Assembly: GCA_964491475.1 (NCBI GenBank)
Contig: CAZBFO010000002.1
Coordinates: forward strand, 144,501 to 208,500
Direction: 5' to 3'
Length of the DNA stretch: 64,000 nt
From: an uncultured Gammaproteobacteria bacterium
GTDB taxonomy: Bacteria > Patescibacteriota > Patescibacteriia > SG8-24
Shown here: positions 19,556-30,123 of the stretch, piece by piece
How positions within the stretch are numbered: the stretch's first letter is position 1
How the letters are laid out: the number at the start of each line of letters is the position of its first letter
Made by a program: the position numbers and the translations under genes
The notes under the pieces: model-generated
What the model saw: the letters and a program-made list of their open reading frames with translations, nothing else
Databases searched by the model: none
Told to the model about the DNA's origin: nothing

Positions 19556-20065
19556 ATGATTGTCACCCTCATCGGCATGCCCGGTTCGGGGAAGTCCTCG
19601 GTCGGCAAGGCCCTGGCCGCAAAGTTGGGCCTTTCGTTCGTCGATACCGACAAGGTCATTGAGGCCGCGCACGGCAAGCGCCTGCAGGAGGTGCTCGACG
19701 GCTTGGGCGGCGGACGTTTTTTGGAGGTCGAGGCGGACGCGGTGGCGGCAAGTTTGCGGCAGGGAACGGTCGTCGCCCCGGGCGGCAGCATCGTCTACTC
19801 CGAGGGTGCCATGCGCCAAATCTCTGCCGCATCGACGGTGGTGTACTTGCGCTGCGGATTGGCGGTGCTGGAACGGCGCATCGGCGGGAAGCCTCGGGGA
19901 ATCGTGGGCGGCGCGGCGAAGACCTTGGCGGAATTGTATGCCGAGCGCGCGCCGCTGTATGAAAAGTGGGCGCTGCTGACCGTGGACGGGGAGTCCCAGG
20001 CAGAGACCCTGGCGGACTCGATCGCCGTCTCGTTGCGGCATATGGCGAACGGTCGCCGTACGTAG
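19556..20065 (+). CDS. aroK: Shikimate kinase
   Basis: LIGMPGSGKSSVG, FVDTD, PGGS, ERAPLYEKWA. Confidence 0.85.
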   Translation: MIVTLIGMPGSGKSSVGKALAAKLGLSFVDTDKVIEAAHGKRLQEVLDGLGGGRFLEVEADAVAASLRQGTVVAPGGSIVYSEGAMRQISAASTVVYLRCGLAVLERRIGGKPRGIVGGAAKTLAELYAERAPLYEKWALLTVDGESQAETLADSIAVSLRHMANGRRT

Positions 20066-20087
20066 CAAAAAAAGGTATACTGTGACC

Positions 20088-21455
20088 ATGCGTACGTCTT
20101 TTTCCGGAAAATGGCATGCTCTCCTTCGGATGTCGGTCGTCGCTGCGTCTGCCGCTTTTTTTGCGCTCAGTTTGGCTGCGCAACCGGCCGCCGCGCTTTT
20201 GCCCAACGAGCTGCAGTTCACCAAGGACGTGGACGTGAACTTCGTGACCTCTGACACCGGCGTGCTGACGCGCGTGGTCGAGTCCAGCGGCGGCAAGGTG
20301 TCGTTCGTCGACGTGCGCGCCGATTACATGGAGATTACCCTCGATGCCGGTTCGCTTATGACGCTGACTGCGGTCGGTGCCAGCCGGCGCCTGGTCATCA
20401 CCCGGCAGTCCGGTTCGCATGACTTCTCCGTTTCGCCGAGCTGCCCTACGACCACCGCAACGCTTTCCGGTACCGGCGGTACGGCGGTGTTGCGCGTACA
20501 GGTAGTGACCTCCGGCGGCTGCACCGAGGCGGGAATGGATGGCGTTGGCGCGGTAGCGCAACCGACGTCGACTTCGACGGCTCCGGCGACCGGCGGCGGC
20601 GATGCGGCGACCGCCTCCTTGTCAGCGGTCGGCGTCGTTCCGCACGACCTCATTAAGCTGCCCAGCGACAACGACCCCAGGACGCAGCAGGACTCCACCG
20701 TGTACTATGTGGGTGCAGACGGGCGACGACACGCCTTCCCTGACGGTCGAGTCTATGCCAGCTGGTACTGCGATTTTTCCCGGGTGAAGACGGTTTCGTC
20801 GGAGGTGATGGCCAAGATTCCGCTGGGAAAGAACGTCGTCTACCGCTCCGGCCTGCGTCTGGTGAAGTTCGTCAGCGTGCCGACAGTGTATCTGGTACAG
20901 CCCGCGGCCGCGCTTCGTGCCGTCGCGGACGAGGCATCGGCGCAGGCGCTGATGGGCGAGGGCTGGGCGAAGACCGTCTCCGACATCGCCGATGGCAATT
21001 ACGTCGACTATCGCATTGGTGACCCGTTGCCGGCTCTGGCGGCTGCCGATGCGGCCGGCTACGACACTTCCGCCACCTATCCAAGCGGCAATATGGGCAT
21101 TGCCGGCTATGTCGATCCGGGCAACGTCGGCGGCACCATCCGTTGCGCGACAGTGCCGGCCGCCGGCGTTCTCGCGCTTTCACGGGGTTCGTTGCCGCTG
21201 GTTCCTAAGACCTTCGTATTCGATCAGCTTCTCTCGGTGAACGCGTTTGATCCGCAGCAGGTGCGCTACTTGCAGATGCTGCTTTCCGCCTTGGGCAAAG
21301 GCATCTACCCGGAACAGGTGGTCAACGGCAACTTCGGTCCCGCCACGCAGGCGGCAGTGAAGCGCTTCCAGGCAGCCAACGGCATCGAGCAAAAGGGATA
21401 CGTCGGAGAGATGACCCGCGCGGCACTGAACAGGCTGCTCGAAGAGACCCGATAA
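20088..21455 (+). CDS. Secreted protein with C-terminal peptidoglycan-binding domain
   Basis: Signal peptide; YYVGADGRRHAFP module; GNFGPATQAAVKRFQAANGI..GYVGEMTRAALN (PG_binding_1-like). Confidence 0.8.
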   Translation: MRTSFSGKWHALLRMSVVAASAAFFALSLAAQPAAALLPNELQFTKDVDVNFVTSDTGVLTRVVESSGGKVSFVDVRADYMEITLDAGSLMTLTAVGASRRLVITRQSGSHDFSVSPSCPTTTATLSGTGGTAVLRVQVVTSGGCTEAGMDGVGAVAQPTSTSTAPATGGGDAATASLSAVGVVPHDLIKLPSDNDPRTQQDSTVYYVGADGRRHAFPDGRVYASWYCDFSRVKTVSSEVMAKIPLGKNVVYRSGLRLVKFVSVPTVYLVQPAAALRAVADEASAQALMGEGWAKTVSDIADGNYVDYRIGDPLPALAAADAAGYDTSATYPSGNMGIAGYVDPGNVGGTIRCATVPAAGVLALSRGSLPLVPKTFVFDQLLSVNAFDPQQVRYLQMLLSALGKGIYPEQVVNGNFGPATQAAVKRFQAANGIEQKGYVGEMTRAALNRLLEETR

Positions 21456-21466
21456 GCGACACCGCC

Positions 21467-21904
21467 ATGGAACTCCGTTCCGAACACATCACTTTCCTGA
21501 TCGTGCATCACACCGCGACCTCGCGCGACCTGACCACGGCCGAGGCGGTGCGCCGCTATCACGTGGAGAGCAGGGGGTGGGGAGACATCGGTTACCACTA
21601 CTTCATCGAGGCCGACGGGCGCCTGCGGAAGGGGAGGCCGGATAACGTCCGCGGGGCGCATTGCCGGGCGGACGAAATGAACGGCAAGTCGTTGGGTATC
21701 TGCCTGGCAGGCCACTTCGACCTGGAGCCGCCGACTATCGAGCAGATGATCACCCTGGCCGCACTGCTCAAGGCGCTGATGAGCAAGTACGAGGTGCCCG
21801 CAGGAAAGGTACTTGGTCACTGCGAGGTGCCGGGGACCGACACCTCCTGCCCGGGCGAAGTCATGCGCGAGTGGGTCAAGATTTTCCGGGCCGAGAACGC
21901 CTAG
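21467..21904 (+). CDS. N-acetylmuramoyl-L-alanine amidase (Amidase_2/PGRP-like)
   Basis: IVHHT, GWGDIGYHY, GAH, GICLAG, GH..TSCPG. Confidence 0.9.
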   Translation: MELRSEHITFLIVHHTATSRDLTTAEAVRRYHVESRGWGDIGYHYFIEADGRLRKGRPDNVRGAHCRADEMNGKSLGICLAGHFDLEPPTIEQMITLAALLKALMSKYEVPAGKVLGHCEVPGTDTSCPGEVMREWVKIFRAENA

Positions 21905-21941
21905 AAAAAAGAGACGCCCGGGAAATCCCGGACGTCTTTTT
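21905..21941. terminator. Bidirectional terminator
   Basis: A-tract, GACG-CCCGGGA/TCCCGG-ACGTC stem, T-tract between convergent genes. Confidence 0.75.
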
Positions 21942-23355
21942 AAGTGATGTCCTGACGCGTGCCGTCGGCGTTCTCGTGCATGCCCCTGGTGAACCAGCCG
22001 CGGAAGGCGATCATCACCAACGGACCGGCGATGGCGAAGGCGCCGAGCAGCAGCCACATCATCTCGGGCGAATCGCCGTAGCCGAGCGCACGGCTGGCGA
22101 TGACGTCGTGCAGCGGGCGCGAAACGCCGTCGACGGTCAGGCTTTCCGGGCACCAGCGCGTCAGCAGCAGGCCGGAGACGAATCCCGCCACTGTCTTGCC
22201 GATGAACCACGGTAGCGCCGCGAAGGAAGAGTATGCCCCCTCCTGTCCGTGCGGCGCGATGGCGATGATGTAGTGCGACAGCCGCGGCGAGAACATCATC
22301 TCGCCGAAGGCGAAGACGCACATCGACACCGCGCTCATGGCGTAGTAGGCGGTGTTGACGTCGTTGCTGACCCAATACCACGGCAACGCCAGCGGCAGGA
22401 AGCTGATGCCGGAGACCAGCGCTCCGAACGTCAGCATCTTGAAGGTGCTGAAGCGGTTGATGACCGGCACGAGCAGCAGCAAGCCGATGATGATCACCAG
22501 CGGGTTGATGGCGGTCAGCAGGCCCACTCGCGCCGAGTGACCGATGGTACGGTACCAGTACTTGGGGGACAGCACCGTCCAGTACAGGAAGGCCGCGCGC
22601 ACTCCGGTGAGCAGCGTGACCGCGCTCATCATGCGCAGGAAGGCGGCGTGGCGGACGACGTCCTTCACGTAGAGCCAGCGTCTGCGCCAGCCGTCGGCGG
22701 CATGCGCTCGCTTGGGCGCGACAGGTTCGCGGGAGGAGTCGTCGCGAATCCAGAACATGGCCATTGGCAGCGCGACGATCGCGTCGAAAAGGCCGAAGGT
22801 GATGATCCAGGCGAAGTCGAGCTTGAGCGAGAGGTGGATGAAGTCCACCAGCAGGCCTGCGCCGACGGCGCCGACGTTCACCACGATGTACCAGACGTTG
22901 AATGCCGCGCCCTGCGAACGGGGAGTGGAGAAGCGCCGATTGCCGACATGGTTGACGGTGGAACGCACCGCGCCGGGCAGGCAGCCCGACACCAGGCAGG
23001 CGACGAAGACGGCGTTTCGGTGCGGCATGGCCGTCCAGAATGCCGCGGCGGTCAGCGTGCCGCGGATGAGCAGGGCGCCGACCAGCGCGCCGTACAGCGA
23101 CTTCTTGATGCCGAAACGGTCGATGATCGGCCCGGCGGCGAAAAGGAAGACGGAGGTGGCGATTCCCAGCCAGGTGATGACCGCGCCCGCGGCCATGTCG
23201 CTGTAGCCCAGGTTCTTGCTCATGAACACCGTCGCCACGGTGACCGAGGCGAAGGCGTAGACGCAGTCGAGCAAGTTGATCGCCTGCACGCCCCAGTACT
23301 CGCGCCGCGCTTCCTTGAGCACGGCAAAATCCTTGAGATAGGCCCGCAGTTCCAT
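21940..23355 (-). CDS. MFS transporter (POT/peptide-transporter-like)
   Basis: About 12 TM; GPIIDRFGIKK; AFNVWYIVVNVG; GEMMFSPR. Confidence 0.8.
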   Translation of the reverse strand: MELRAYLKDFAVLKEARREYWGVQAINLLDCVYAFASVTVATVFMSKNLGYSDMAAGAVITWLGIATSVFLFAAGPIIDRFGIKKSLYGALVGALLIRGTLTAAAFWTAMPHRNAVFVACLVSGCLPGAVRSTVNHVGNRRFSTPRSQGAAFNVWYIVVNVGAVGAGLLVDFIHLSLKLDFAWIITFGLFDAIVALPMAMFWIRDDSSREPVAPKRAHAADGWRRRWLYVKDVVRHAAFLRMMSAVTLLTGVRAAFLYWTVLSPKYWYRTIGHSARVGLLTAINPLVIIIGLLLLVPVINRFSTFKMLTFGALVSGISFLPLALPWYWVSNDVNTAYYAMSAVSMCVFAFGEMMFSPRLSHYIIAIAPHGQEGAYSSFAALPWFIGKTVAGFVSGLLLTRWCPESLTVDGVSRPLHDVIASRALGYGDSPEMMWLLLGAFAIAGPLVMIAFRGWFTRGMHENADGTRQDIT

Positions 23356-23496
23356 GCTTTTCGTTTCCGTCTTTGGGAAAAGAGCCGTATGCAGTTGACC
23401 ATGAACCTGATCGAAATGAAAGGCATCCCGCAGGCGGCTTGTCGGTTTCCTCCAAGATGCTATTCTCTCCGTAGCTATTCATCTATCTGCATCACT

Positions 23497-23895
23497 ATGG
23501 CCAACGGCGTCGTACACTTTGAAATTCACGCGGAGAACCCCGAACGCGCAGCCGATTTTTACACCAAGGTCTTCGGCTGGGACATCAAGAAGTGGGAGGG
23601 CGGTTCCATGGAATATTGGATGGTGATGACCTGCCCCAAGGATGCGCCCAACGCCATCAACGGCGGCCTGATGCGCAGGATGGGTGCCTCTCCGGTCGGC
23701 GGGGAGCCGGTAAATGCCTACGTCTGCACCTTGCTGGTCGACAATTTCGACGAGTCGGCGGCCAAGATTACGGCGCATGGCGGCACGGTGGCGCTGCCCA
23801 AGATGGCCATTCCCGGCATGGCTTGGCAGGGGTATTTCAAGGACACCGAGGGCAACATCTTCGGCATTCATCAGCCCGATACCAACGCGAAATAG
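23497..23895 (+). CDS. VOC/glyoxalase family protein
   Basis: VVHFEIHAENPERAADFYTKVFGW ... INGG ... DTEGNIFG. Confidence 0.88.
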   Translation: MANGVVHFEIHAENPERAADFYTKVFGWDIKKWEGGSMEYWMVMTCPKDAPNAINGGLMRRMGASPVGGEPVNAYVCTLLVDNFDESAAKITAHGGTVALPKMAIPGMAWQGYFKDTEGNIFGIHQPDTNAK

Positions 23896-24013
23896 AGGAA
23901 ACGGCCCTTGATGGGCCGTCTTTCTTTACTTGTCCTTATCCACGTCCGGATGCTGGCAAGAAGGCCGGAAATGCGGTATATATGAAGAGTAAGCAAGACT
24001 ATGCTTTTGCCTT

Positions 24014-24535
24014 ATGGCAGTTAAAAAGGTTCAAGAAATACCGCTGGAACAGCTCGAGGGCGCCTTCGGACCGGAGCAGATCGGTTGGGAGGTCAAGGAG
24101 TACCGCCGTTACCAACGCGGTCGCCTTTGGCATCTCCTGATGGGCCTCGCGGGCGTCGGCCTCTTGATTTATACGGTGGCTTCTGCTAACTTTCTCTTCG
24201 CGCTCATCATCATGATGTTCGCGTTGATCATCTACGTCACTTCCGTCGTCGAACCGCGGACCGTCAGGTTCGCAGTGACCGACTCGGGCGTGCGGTTCGG
24301 CAGGACCATACGAAGGTTCCGCGATGCCAGCCGTTTCTGGCTCGTCTATGAACCGCCAGAGGTGAAGTCCCTGTACATCGAGTTCAAGGGCATGACCTCG
24401 CCCCGCATGGTCGTTGATCTCGGCGAAATGAACCCGAACGAGGTCAGGAACATCCTAGGTCAGTTCATCCGGGAAGATCTCGAGGAAGACATCGAACCGT
24501 TCTCCGATTTCATCGGACGGGTGCTCAAGATTTAG
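24014..24535 (+). CDS. Hypothetical 2-TM membrane protein
   Basis: W..EY...RG..W motif, two TM, PH-like C-terminal region. Confidence 0.7.
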   Translation: MAVKKVQEIPLEQLEGAFGPEQIGWEVKEYRRYQRGRLWHLLMGLAGVGLLIYTVASANFLFALIIMMFALIIYVTSVVEPRTVRFAVTDSGVRFGRTIRRFRDASRFWLVYEPPEVKSLYIEFKGMTSPRMVVDLGEMNPNEVRNILGQFIREDLEEDIEPFSDFIGRVLKI

Positions 24536-24549
24536 GTGCAGCGCATCGT

Positions 24550-24626
24550 GCGTCCGTAGCTCAGTTGGATAGAGCGCAGCCCTGCGAAGGCTGAGGTCCG
24601 ACGTTCGAATCGTCGCGGACGCACCA
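24550..24626 (+). tRNA. tRNA-Arg(GCG)
   Basis: GCGTCCG acceptor, D-loop AGTTGGATA, CAGCC-CTGCGAA-GGCTG, GTTCGAATC, ACCA. Confidence 0.93.
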
Positions 24627-24725
24627 CGAAAACACGCCAGCATGTCTGGCGTTTTTTCGTTGCGCCGCGGAGGGCGAGAAATAAAAAAGCACCGTGCAGA
24701 AAGTCTGCACGGTGCGAAGCGGCGA

Positions 24726-25724
24726 TCAGCGCCGCTTCTTGCCCTTGGCCTGCGTCTCGGGCTTGGCCTGCTTCTCCTTGACCTTGTAGGTCGCGGGGAT
24801 GGTCAGGCTGGCCTTGCTCGAGGCCTGGGCGCTGGCGATGCGCTGCTGCTTCTTGGCGTCGGCTCGCGTGGCGTGATCGGCAGCGATCTTGGCGCGCACG
24901 TCCGCGAGCTCCTGCTTCTTCGCCTTGACGGCGTCGATGGCGGCGCGTCGGACATCGGCGCGGGTCTCGTTGCCTTCCTCGGGCGGAAGGGCCTTGAGGG
25001 CCTCTTCCATCTCCGCGATGGTCGTCTTGAGCGCCGCGGCCTGCTTTTCCAGGTCGCTGGGCTTGCCGGTGACCTTCGGAGCGTCGTGCTTCCGCTCGGC
25101 CGTGAGGCTGTTCGAGAAGCGCGGGCTGCCGTTGTGGCTGCCGGAGTTCCCCTGCGGACGACGGTTGCCCGTCTTCTGCCGGGGCTGCGTCGACCGCTTG
25201 ACCCGCGCGATGAAGTTCTTCACTTCCTCGGCGGCCTGGGCGATCATCTCCTCCGTCAGCATGGTGCCTTCCGGAGCGATCTGCCGGCGCTTGGCGGTAC
25301 CGAGCACGTCGTTGATCGCGCCCTCGATCTTCTGGATCTCGGACGGGTCCCAGCGGCGCATCTTCTTGTACATGTCCTCGGCCAGGACGAACGGCCTCTC
25401 GGACGCCTCGAGCTTGGCTTTGGCGACCAGCGCCGTCAGCAGCTCCGGACCCTTCGGCCGTTCCTCGCGGACCGGCTTGGGGTGTTCGGCGCGTTCGCGA
25501 TCGAGGAACGCGGAGAAGGCCTTGGCCTGCTCCGGATCCTTGATCTGCTTGAGCAGCGTGCCTTCGCCCCAGGGGAGCGCTCGCCGCACGGCGGCGGAGA
25601 TCGGTTCCTTGAAGCGTGCGACGTTCTTGTCGACGGCGCCGTCGAAGCAATCGACGGCCGTCTGGAGCGTGTGCTCGTGAGCGGCAGGCATGGACGTGGT
25701 GGAAGGAGCGGTATTCGTGGTCAT
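24726..25724 (-). CDS. Hypothetical basic coiled-coil protein
   Basis: GGAGG RBS upstream, TTGACA-17-TATGTT promoter, K/A/E-rich. Confidence 0.7.
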   Translation of the reverse strand: MTTNTAPSTTSMPAAHEHTLQTAVDCFDGAVDKNVARFKEPISAAVRRALPWGEGTLLKQIKDPEQAKAFSAFLDRERAEHPKPVREERPKGPELLTALVAKAKLEASERPFVLAEDMYKKMRRWDPSEIQKIEGAINDVLGTAKRRQIAPEGTMLTEEMIAQAAEEVKNFIARVKRSTQPRQKTGNRRPQGNSGSHNGSPRFSNSLTAERKHDAPKVTGKPSDLEKQAAALKTTIAEMEEALKALPPEEGNETRADVRRAAIDAVKAKKQELADVRAKIAADHATRADAKKQQRIASAQASSKASLTIPATYKVKEKQAKPETQAKGKKRR

Positions 25725-25919
25725 GACTTGTACCTCCGTGTCACTGTAGGAGAAAAAAGGTCGCCTAACGTGACCCGATAACATAGCATAAAAACGCTAT
25801 TTTGTCAACCTGCACCGTCAGTGCTACCAAGCCCGCTGCTGGGCGTCTTTTTTGGCTAAAGTCAGCTCAATCGCTACTTTCTAGTGCAGACCCGCATTTT
25901 GGCTTATGATTAGCGGCGT

Positions 25920-28055
25920 ATGGTGAGACTGGAAACGGCGGTTTCGGCCTTGGGGCCGGTGGCCAAGCGGCGCGCCGCGCTGCTGTCGGAACTGGGATTG
26001 GAAACGGTCCGGGACGTGCTTTTGCATTTCCCCAGCCGTCACGAAAATTTCCAGACAGGCACGCCGTTGGCCGAGATCGAGCCGGGAACGAACGTCTCCG
26101 TGATCGCGCAGGTGGTCCGTGCCAAGAGCAGGCCGCGGTTTGGCCGCCGGATGTCGATGTCAGAAGCGGTGCTGACGGACGGGACGGCTGAAATAAAAGC
26201 TGTCTGGTTCAATCAGCCGTATCGCGCCAAATCGCTCACGGAGGGAAAGTCGTTCCGGTTTTCGGGGAAGGTGACGCAATCAAGGTTCGGCCTGCAGCTG
26301 CAGAACCCGCAGGTGGAGGCGATTTCGGGGTTCGCGCCGTCGGCTCCGGGCGAAGGCGACGATCCGAAGGAGGGGGAAGTGCTTGGCGGCGCGGACTTGC
26401 TGCCGGTGTATCCGACCACCAACGGCGTCACGCAGCAGACGCTGCGTCTGATCGCGCGATTGGCACTGCCGGCAGTCGGACAGCTGTCCGATCCGTTGCC
26501 CGAGCACGTGCGCCGCACGTACTCGCTGCCGACGCTGCCCGACGCGGTGCGCTGGGCGCATTTTCCCGTCTCTGCCGAGGATGCCGCCAAGGCTCGCCGC
26601 CGGATCGGCTTCGACGAGATGCTGCGGATGCAGTTGTCCATCGGCAAGATGCGGCGGCTGCGTCAGGCGCGATCGGCTCCGATGATTGTCTTCGACGAGC
26701 CTGCTACCAAGTCGTTCGTGCGGTCATTGCCATTCGCGTTGACCGACGATCAGCGCAAGGCTGCTTGGCTGGCGCTCAAGGACATGACCACCGGTTTTCA
26801 GATGCACAGGCTTCTCGACGGCGACGTCGGGAGCGGTAAGACGGTCGTGTCGGCCATAGTGATGATGAACGTCGCTCGCGCCGACTATCAATCCGCGTTG
26901 ATGGCGCCGACCGAAATCCTGGCGGCGCAGCACTTCGCCACGCTGTCGCGTTTCTTCAGGAGGGAGCCGTTCACGGTGGCCATCTGGACGCAATCGTACA
27001 AGCGCGCCGTCCGTGGCGGCAAGGAGATCGTCTGCAAGACCAAGAAGGAAGTCGAGCGCCTGGGAAAGGAGATCGCCGACGGGGAAATCGCCGTCGTCGT
27101 GGGAACGCATGCGCTGGTGGAGGATGCGCTCAAGTTCAACGCGCTGGCGCTGGCGGTGGTGGACGAGCAGCACCGCTTCGGCGTGCGGCTGCGCAGCCTG
27201 TTGGTGGGGAAGAGCGGCATGAGGGGCGTGGAGCCGCACCTGCTCTCGATGACTGCTACGCCGATTCCGCGTTCGTTGGCGCTGGCGATGTTCGGCGATT
27301 TGGACCTGTCGCTGCTCAAGGAGAAGCCGAAAGGCCGCATCGACACCGAGACGCGCCTGGTGCTTCAGAAAGAGCGTGCCAAAGCGTACGAGAAAGTCCG
27401 GTCAGAAGTCGCGGCCGGCCGTCAGGCGTTCGTGGTCTGTCCGCTGATCGATCCGTCGGACGCGCTGGGCGCGGCTTCGGTCACCGAGGAATACGAGAAC
27501 CTGCGCAAGAGGGAACTCAAGGGCATTCCGATGGGCATGCTGCACGGCAAGCTGTCCGCAGAAGAGAAGGAGAAGGTGATGGCCGACTTTCTGGCGAGCA
27601 AGATCATGGTGCTGGTCTCCACTTCGGTGGTGGAGGTGGGCGTGGACGTGCCGAACGCCACCGTCATGTGCATCGAGGGTGCGGAGCGTTTCGGCCTGTC
27701 GCAGCTGCACCAGTTCCGCGGGCGCATCGGGCGCGGCGAACATCCGTCGTACTGCTTCCTGCTGCCGAGCAGCTTCTCGCCGAGCGTGAAGGAACGCATG
27801 TCGGCCGTGGTGCGCCACAAGGACGGCTTTTCGCTGGCCGAGAAGGACCTGCAGATGCGCGGTCCCGGCGACATGCTGGGAACGGCGCAGTCCGGTTTCC
27901 CAGAATTCCTGATGGCCGCGTTCGGCGACGCCATGCTGATTGCCGACGCCAAGGAGGCGGCCGAGGCATTGCTCGAAGAAGATCCGGAACTGGTGCGGCA
28001 CGAGGCCTTGCGGAAGGACCTGCGGGCCGCCGCGGAGCGCGTACATTTGGAATAA
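25920..28055 (+). CDS. recG: ATP-dependent DNA helicase RecG
   Basis: GDVGSGKT, DEQHRFG, MTATPIPR, ERFGLSQLHQFRGRIGR. Confidence 0.96.
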   Translation: MVRLETAVSALGPVAKRRAALLSELGLETVRDVLLHFPSRHENFQTGTPLAEIEPGTNVSVIAQVVRAKSRPRFGRRMSMSEAVLTDGTAEIKAVWFNQPYRAKSLTEGKSFRFSGKVTQSRFGLQLQNPQVEAISGFAPSAPGEGDDPKEGEVLGGADLLPVYPTTNGVTQQTLRLIARLALPAVGQLSDPLPEHVRRTYSLPTLPDAVRWAHFPVSAEDAAKARRRIGFDEMLRMQLSIGKMRRLRQARSAPMIVFDEPATKSFVRSLPFALTDDQRKAAWLALKDMTTGFQMHRLLDGDVGSGKTVVSAIVMMNVARADYQSALMAPTEILAAQHFATLSRFFRREPFTVAIWTQSYKRAVRGGKEIVCKTKKEVERLGKEIADGEIAVVVGTHALVEDALKFNALALAVVDEQHRFGVRLRSLLVGKSGMRGVEPHLLSMTATPIPRSLALAMFGDLDLSLLKEKPKGRIDTETRLVLQKERAKAYEKVRSEVAAGRQAFVVCPLIDPSDALGAASVTEEYENLRKRELKGIPMGMLHGKLSAEEKEKVMADFLASKIMVLVSTSVVEVGVDVPNATVMCIEGAERFGLSQLHQFRGRIGRGEHPSYCFLLPSSFSPSVKERMSAVVRHKDGFSLAEKDLQMRGPGDMLGTAQSGFPEFLMAAFGDAMLIADAKEAAEALLEEDPELVRHEALRKDLRAAAERVHLE

Positions 28056-28194
28056 GCCCGACATCTGACGGCCTCGCCGGCCATGTTGACTTTTACCGGT
28101 CTTTTTGCGACTGTGCAGCCGTTCCGGGCACGTGCTCGGCAACCGTCCGCCGCATTGGCGGGCGAACGCACATTGCCAACAAAACGGAGCTCAA

Positions 28195-30120
28195 ATGCCA
28201 AACGACACGCTCTCAACGCTCACGAGCTACTGGTGGGTCATACCCGTCGTTCTCGTCCTGGTGCTTTCCATCGTCCTGTACCGGTTCGCATTGCGACTCT
28301 TCGGAATCGTGATCGTGCCCGACGACAGCATCGGCATCGTCACCAAGCGCTTCGTGATCTTCGGTTCGAACAAGCGGCTTCCCGACGGCGCCATCGTGGC
28401 GCTCAAGGGAGAAGCCGGCATTCAGGTCGATCCGCTCGCGCCGGGCCTCCACTTCTTCCTGTGGCCGTGGCAGTACGACATCGACCTCGAGAAGTTCGTC
28501 ACCGTCGACCAGAACACGGTCGGCGTGGTCGAAGCCCGAGACGGCGCCAAGCCGGAGACGGGACGCGTCCTCGGGCAGAGCGTCGGCTGCGACTCTTTCC
28601 AGGACGGAAGGAAGTTCCTGGAGAACGGCGGCCAGCGCGGACCGCAGATGGCGGTCATCACGCCGGGAACGTACCGCATCAACACGCGGCTGTTTCACGT
28701 GACGGCATACAAGGCCACCGAGATCGACGACAAGATGGTCGGCGTCATCACCACCAAGGACGGCATGGCGCTGTCGAAGGACGACATCGCCGGCAAGCCG
28801 ATCGAAGGCCACCGTTCGTTTCAGGACGGTGACGCCTTCATCGCCGGCGGCGGGTATCGCGGTCTGCAGGAGCAGGTGCTCCTGGCCGGCCGCTACTACC
28901 TCAACCCGCTCTTCGTCACGGTCGAGACGGTGCCGATGACGGTGGTGCCGATCGCCAGCGCCGGCGTCATGATCTCCTACGTCGGCGAGCCGGGCGTGGA
29001 CGTGACCGGCAAGGACTTCGAACACGGCAATCAGGTGAACAAGGGACAGAAGGGCGTCTGGGCCGACCCGCTCGACCCGGGCAAGTACCCCGTGAACCCG
29101 TTTACCCACAAGCTGGAGTGCGTCTCGACGGCCAACATCGTCCTGAACTGGGCCACCGGCAAGAACGAGTCGCACATGCTGGACGAGAAGCTCTCGACCA
29201 TCAAGCTCCGTTCTTCCGACGGCTTCGCGCTGACGATGGACGTGAGCGTCATCATCCACATCCCGCGCAACGACGCGCCGAAGGTGATCGCGAGATTCGG
29301 CAACCTCCAGAACCTGGTCACCCAGGTGCTCGAGCCCCTCATCTCCAACCACTTCCGCAACGCGGCGCAGCAGGCCGACGCCATCGAATTCCTCCGCAAC
29401 CGCACGCAGCGGCAGCTGGAGGCGAAGGAGACCATCAAGCAGGCGCTCGCCAAGTACAACGTCGTCGGCGTCGACACGCTCATCGGCGACATCAACCCGC
29501 CGGCCGAGCTGATGAAGACGCTCACCGACCGGAAGATCGCCGAGCAGGAGAAGGTCACCTTCGATACGCAGCGCGAGGCCGCCGAGCAGCGGCAGAAGCT
29601 CGAACAGGCCAACGCGCTGGCGGCCACGCAGTCGCGCGTCGTCGACGCCGAACGGAAGGTGGCCATCGCGGAGTACGACGCCCAGTCGGCGGTCAAGCGG
29701 GCCGAAGGCGAAGCCAAGGCCAAGACCATCAACGCGCAGGCCGACGCCGCGGTGCTCATTACCGTCGGCGAGGCCGAAGGCAAGAAGATCACGGCGGTGG
29801 GCGAGGCCGAGGCCGAGGTCATCCAGAAGAAGACCAACGCCATCGGCGCCGCCAACTACGCCCTGATCGAGACCGCGCGTTCCATCGCGCATTCCGGTCA
29901 GGCGCTGGTGCCGCAGATCGTGGTCAGCGGCGGCAAGGACGGACGCCAGGGAAGCCTGGTGGACGTGCTGGTCGCCAAGCTGGCCAAGGACGGGCTCGCG
30001 GAAGGCGCGCAGACGCCCTCTGCCAAGACGGCGCCGCCCCCTTCGAAGCCGTCCGGCGCATTGCCGTCGCCGAGCTCCGGCAGCGGCGACACGCAGCTGG
30101 GTAACGGCGCAAAATCTTAA
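28195..30120 (+). CDS. SPFH/flotillin-family membrane protein
   Basis: N-terminal TM, repeated G..G.Q...L.PG.Y.IN units, AEAE-rich coil. Confidence 0.88.
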   Translation: MPNDTLSTLTSYWWVIPVVLVLVLSIVLYRFALRLFGIVIVPDDSIGIVTKRFVIFGSNKRLPDGAIVALKGEAGIQVDPLAPGLHFFLWPWQYDIDLEKFVTVDQNTVGVVEARDGAKPETGRVLGQSVGCDSFQDGRKFLENGGQRGPQMAVITPGTYRINTRLFHVTAYKATEIDDKMVGVITTKDGMALSKDDIAGKPIEGHRSFQDGDAFIAGGGYRGLQEQVLLAGRYYLNPLFVTVETVPMTVVPIASAGVMISYVGEPGVDVTGKDFEHGNQVNKGQKGVWADPLDPGKYPVNPFTHKLECVSTANIVLNWATGKNESHMLDEKLSTIKLRSSDGFALTMDVSVIIHIPRNDAPKVIARFGNLQNLVTQVLEPLISNHFRNAAQQADAIEFLRNRTQRQLEAKETIKQALAKYNVVGVDTLIGDINPPAELMKTLTDRKIAEQEKVTFDTQREAAEQRQKLEQANALAATQSRVVDAERKVAIAEYDAQSAVKRAEGEAKAKTINAQADAAVLITVGEAEGKKITAVGEAEAEVIQKKTNAIGAANYALIETARSIAHSGQALVPQIVVSGGKDGRQGSLVDVLVAKLAKDGLAEGAQTPSAKTAPPPSKPSGALPSPSSGSGDTQLGNGAKS

Positions 30121-30123
30121 CCT

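Noticed and set aside
28195-30120. Internal repeats in the SPFH protein
   Set aside because: Known architecture of long flotillin-like proteins
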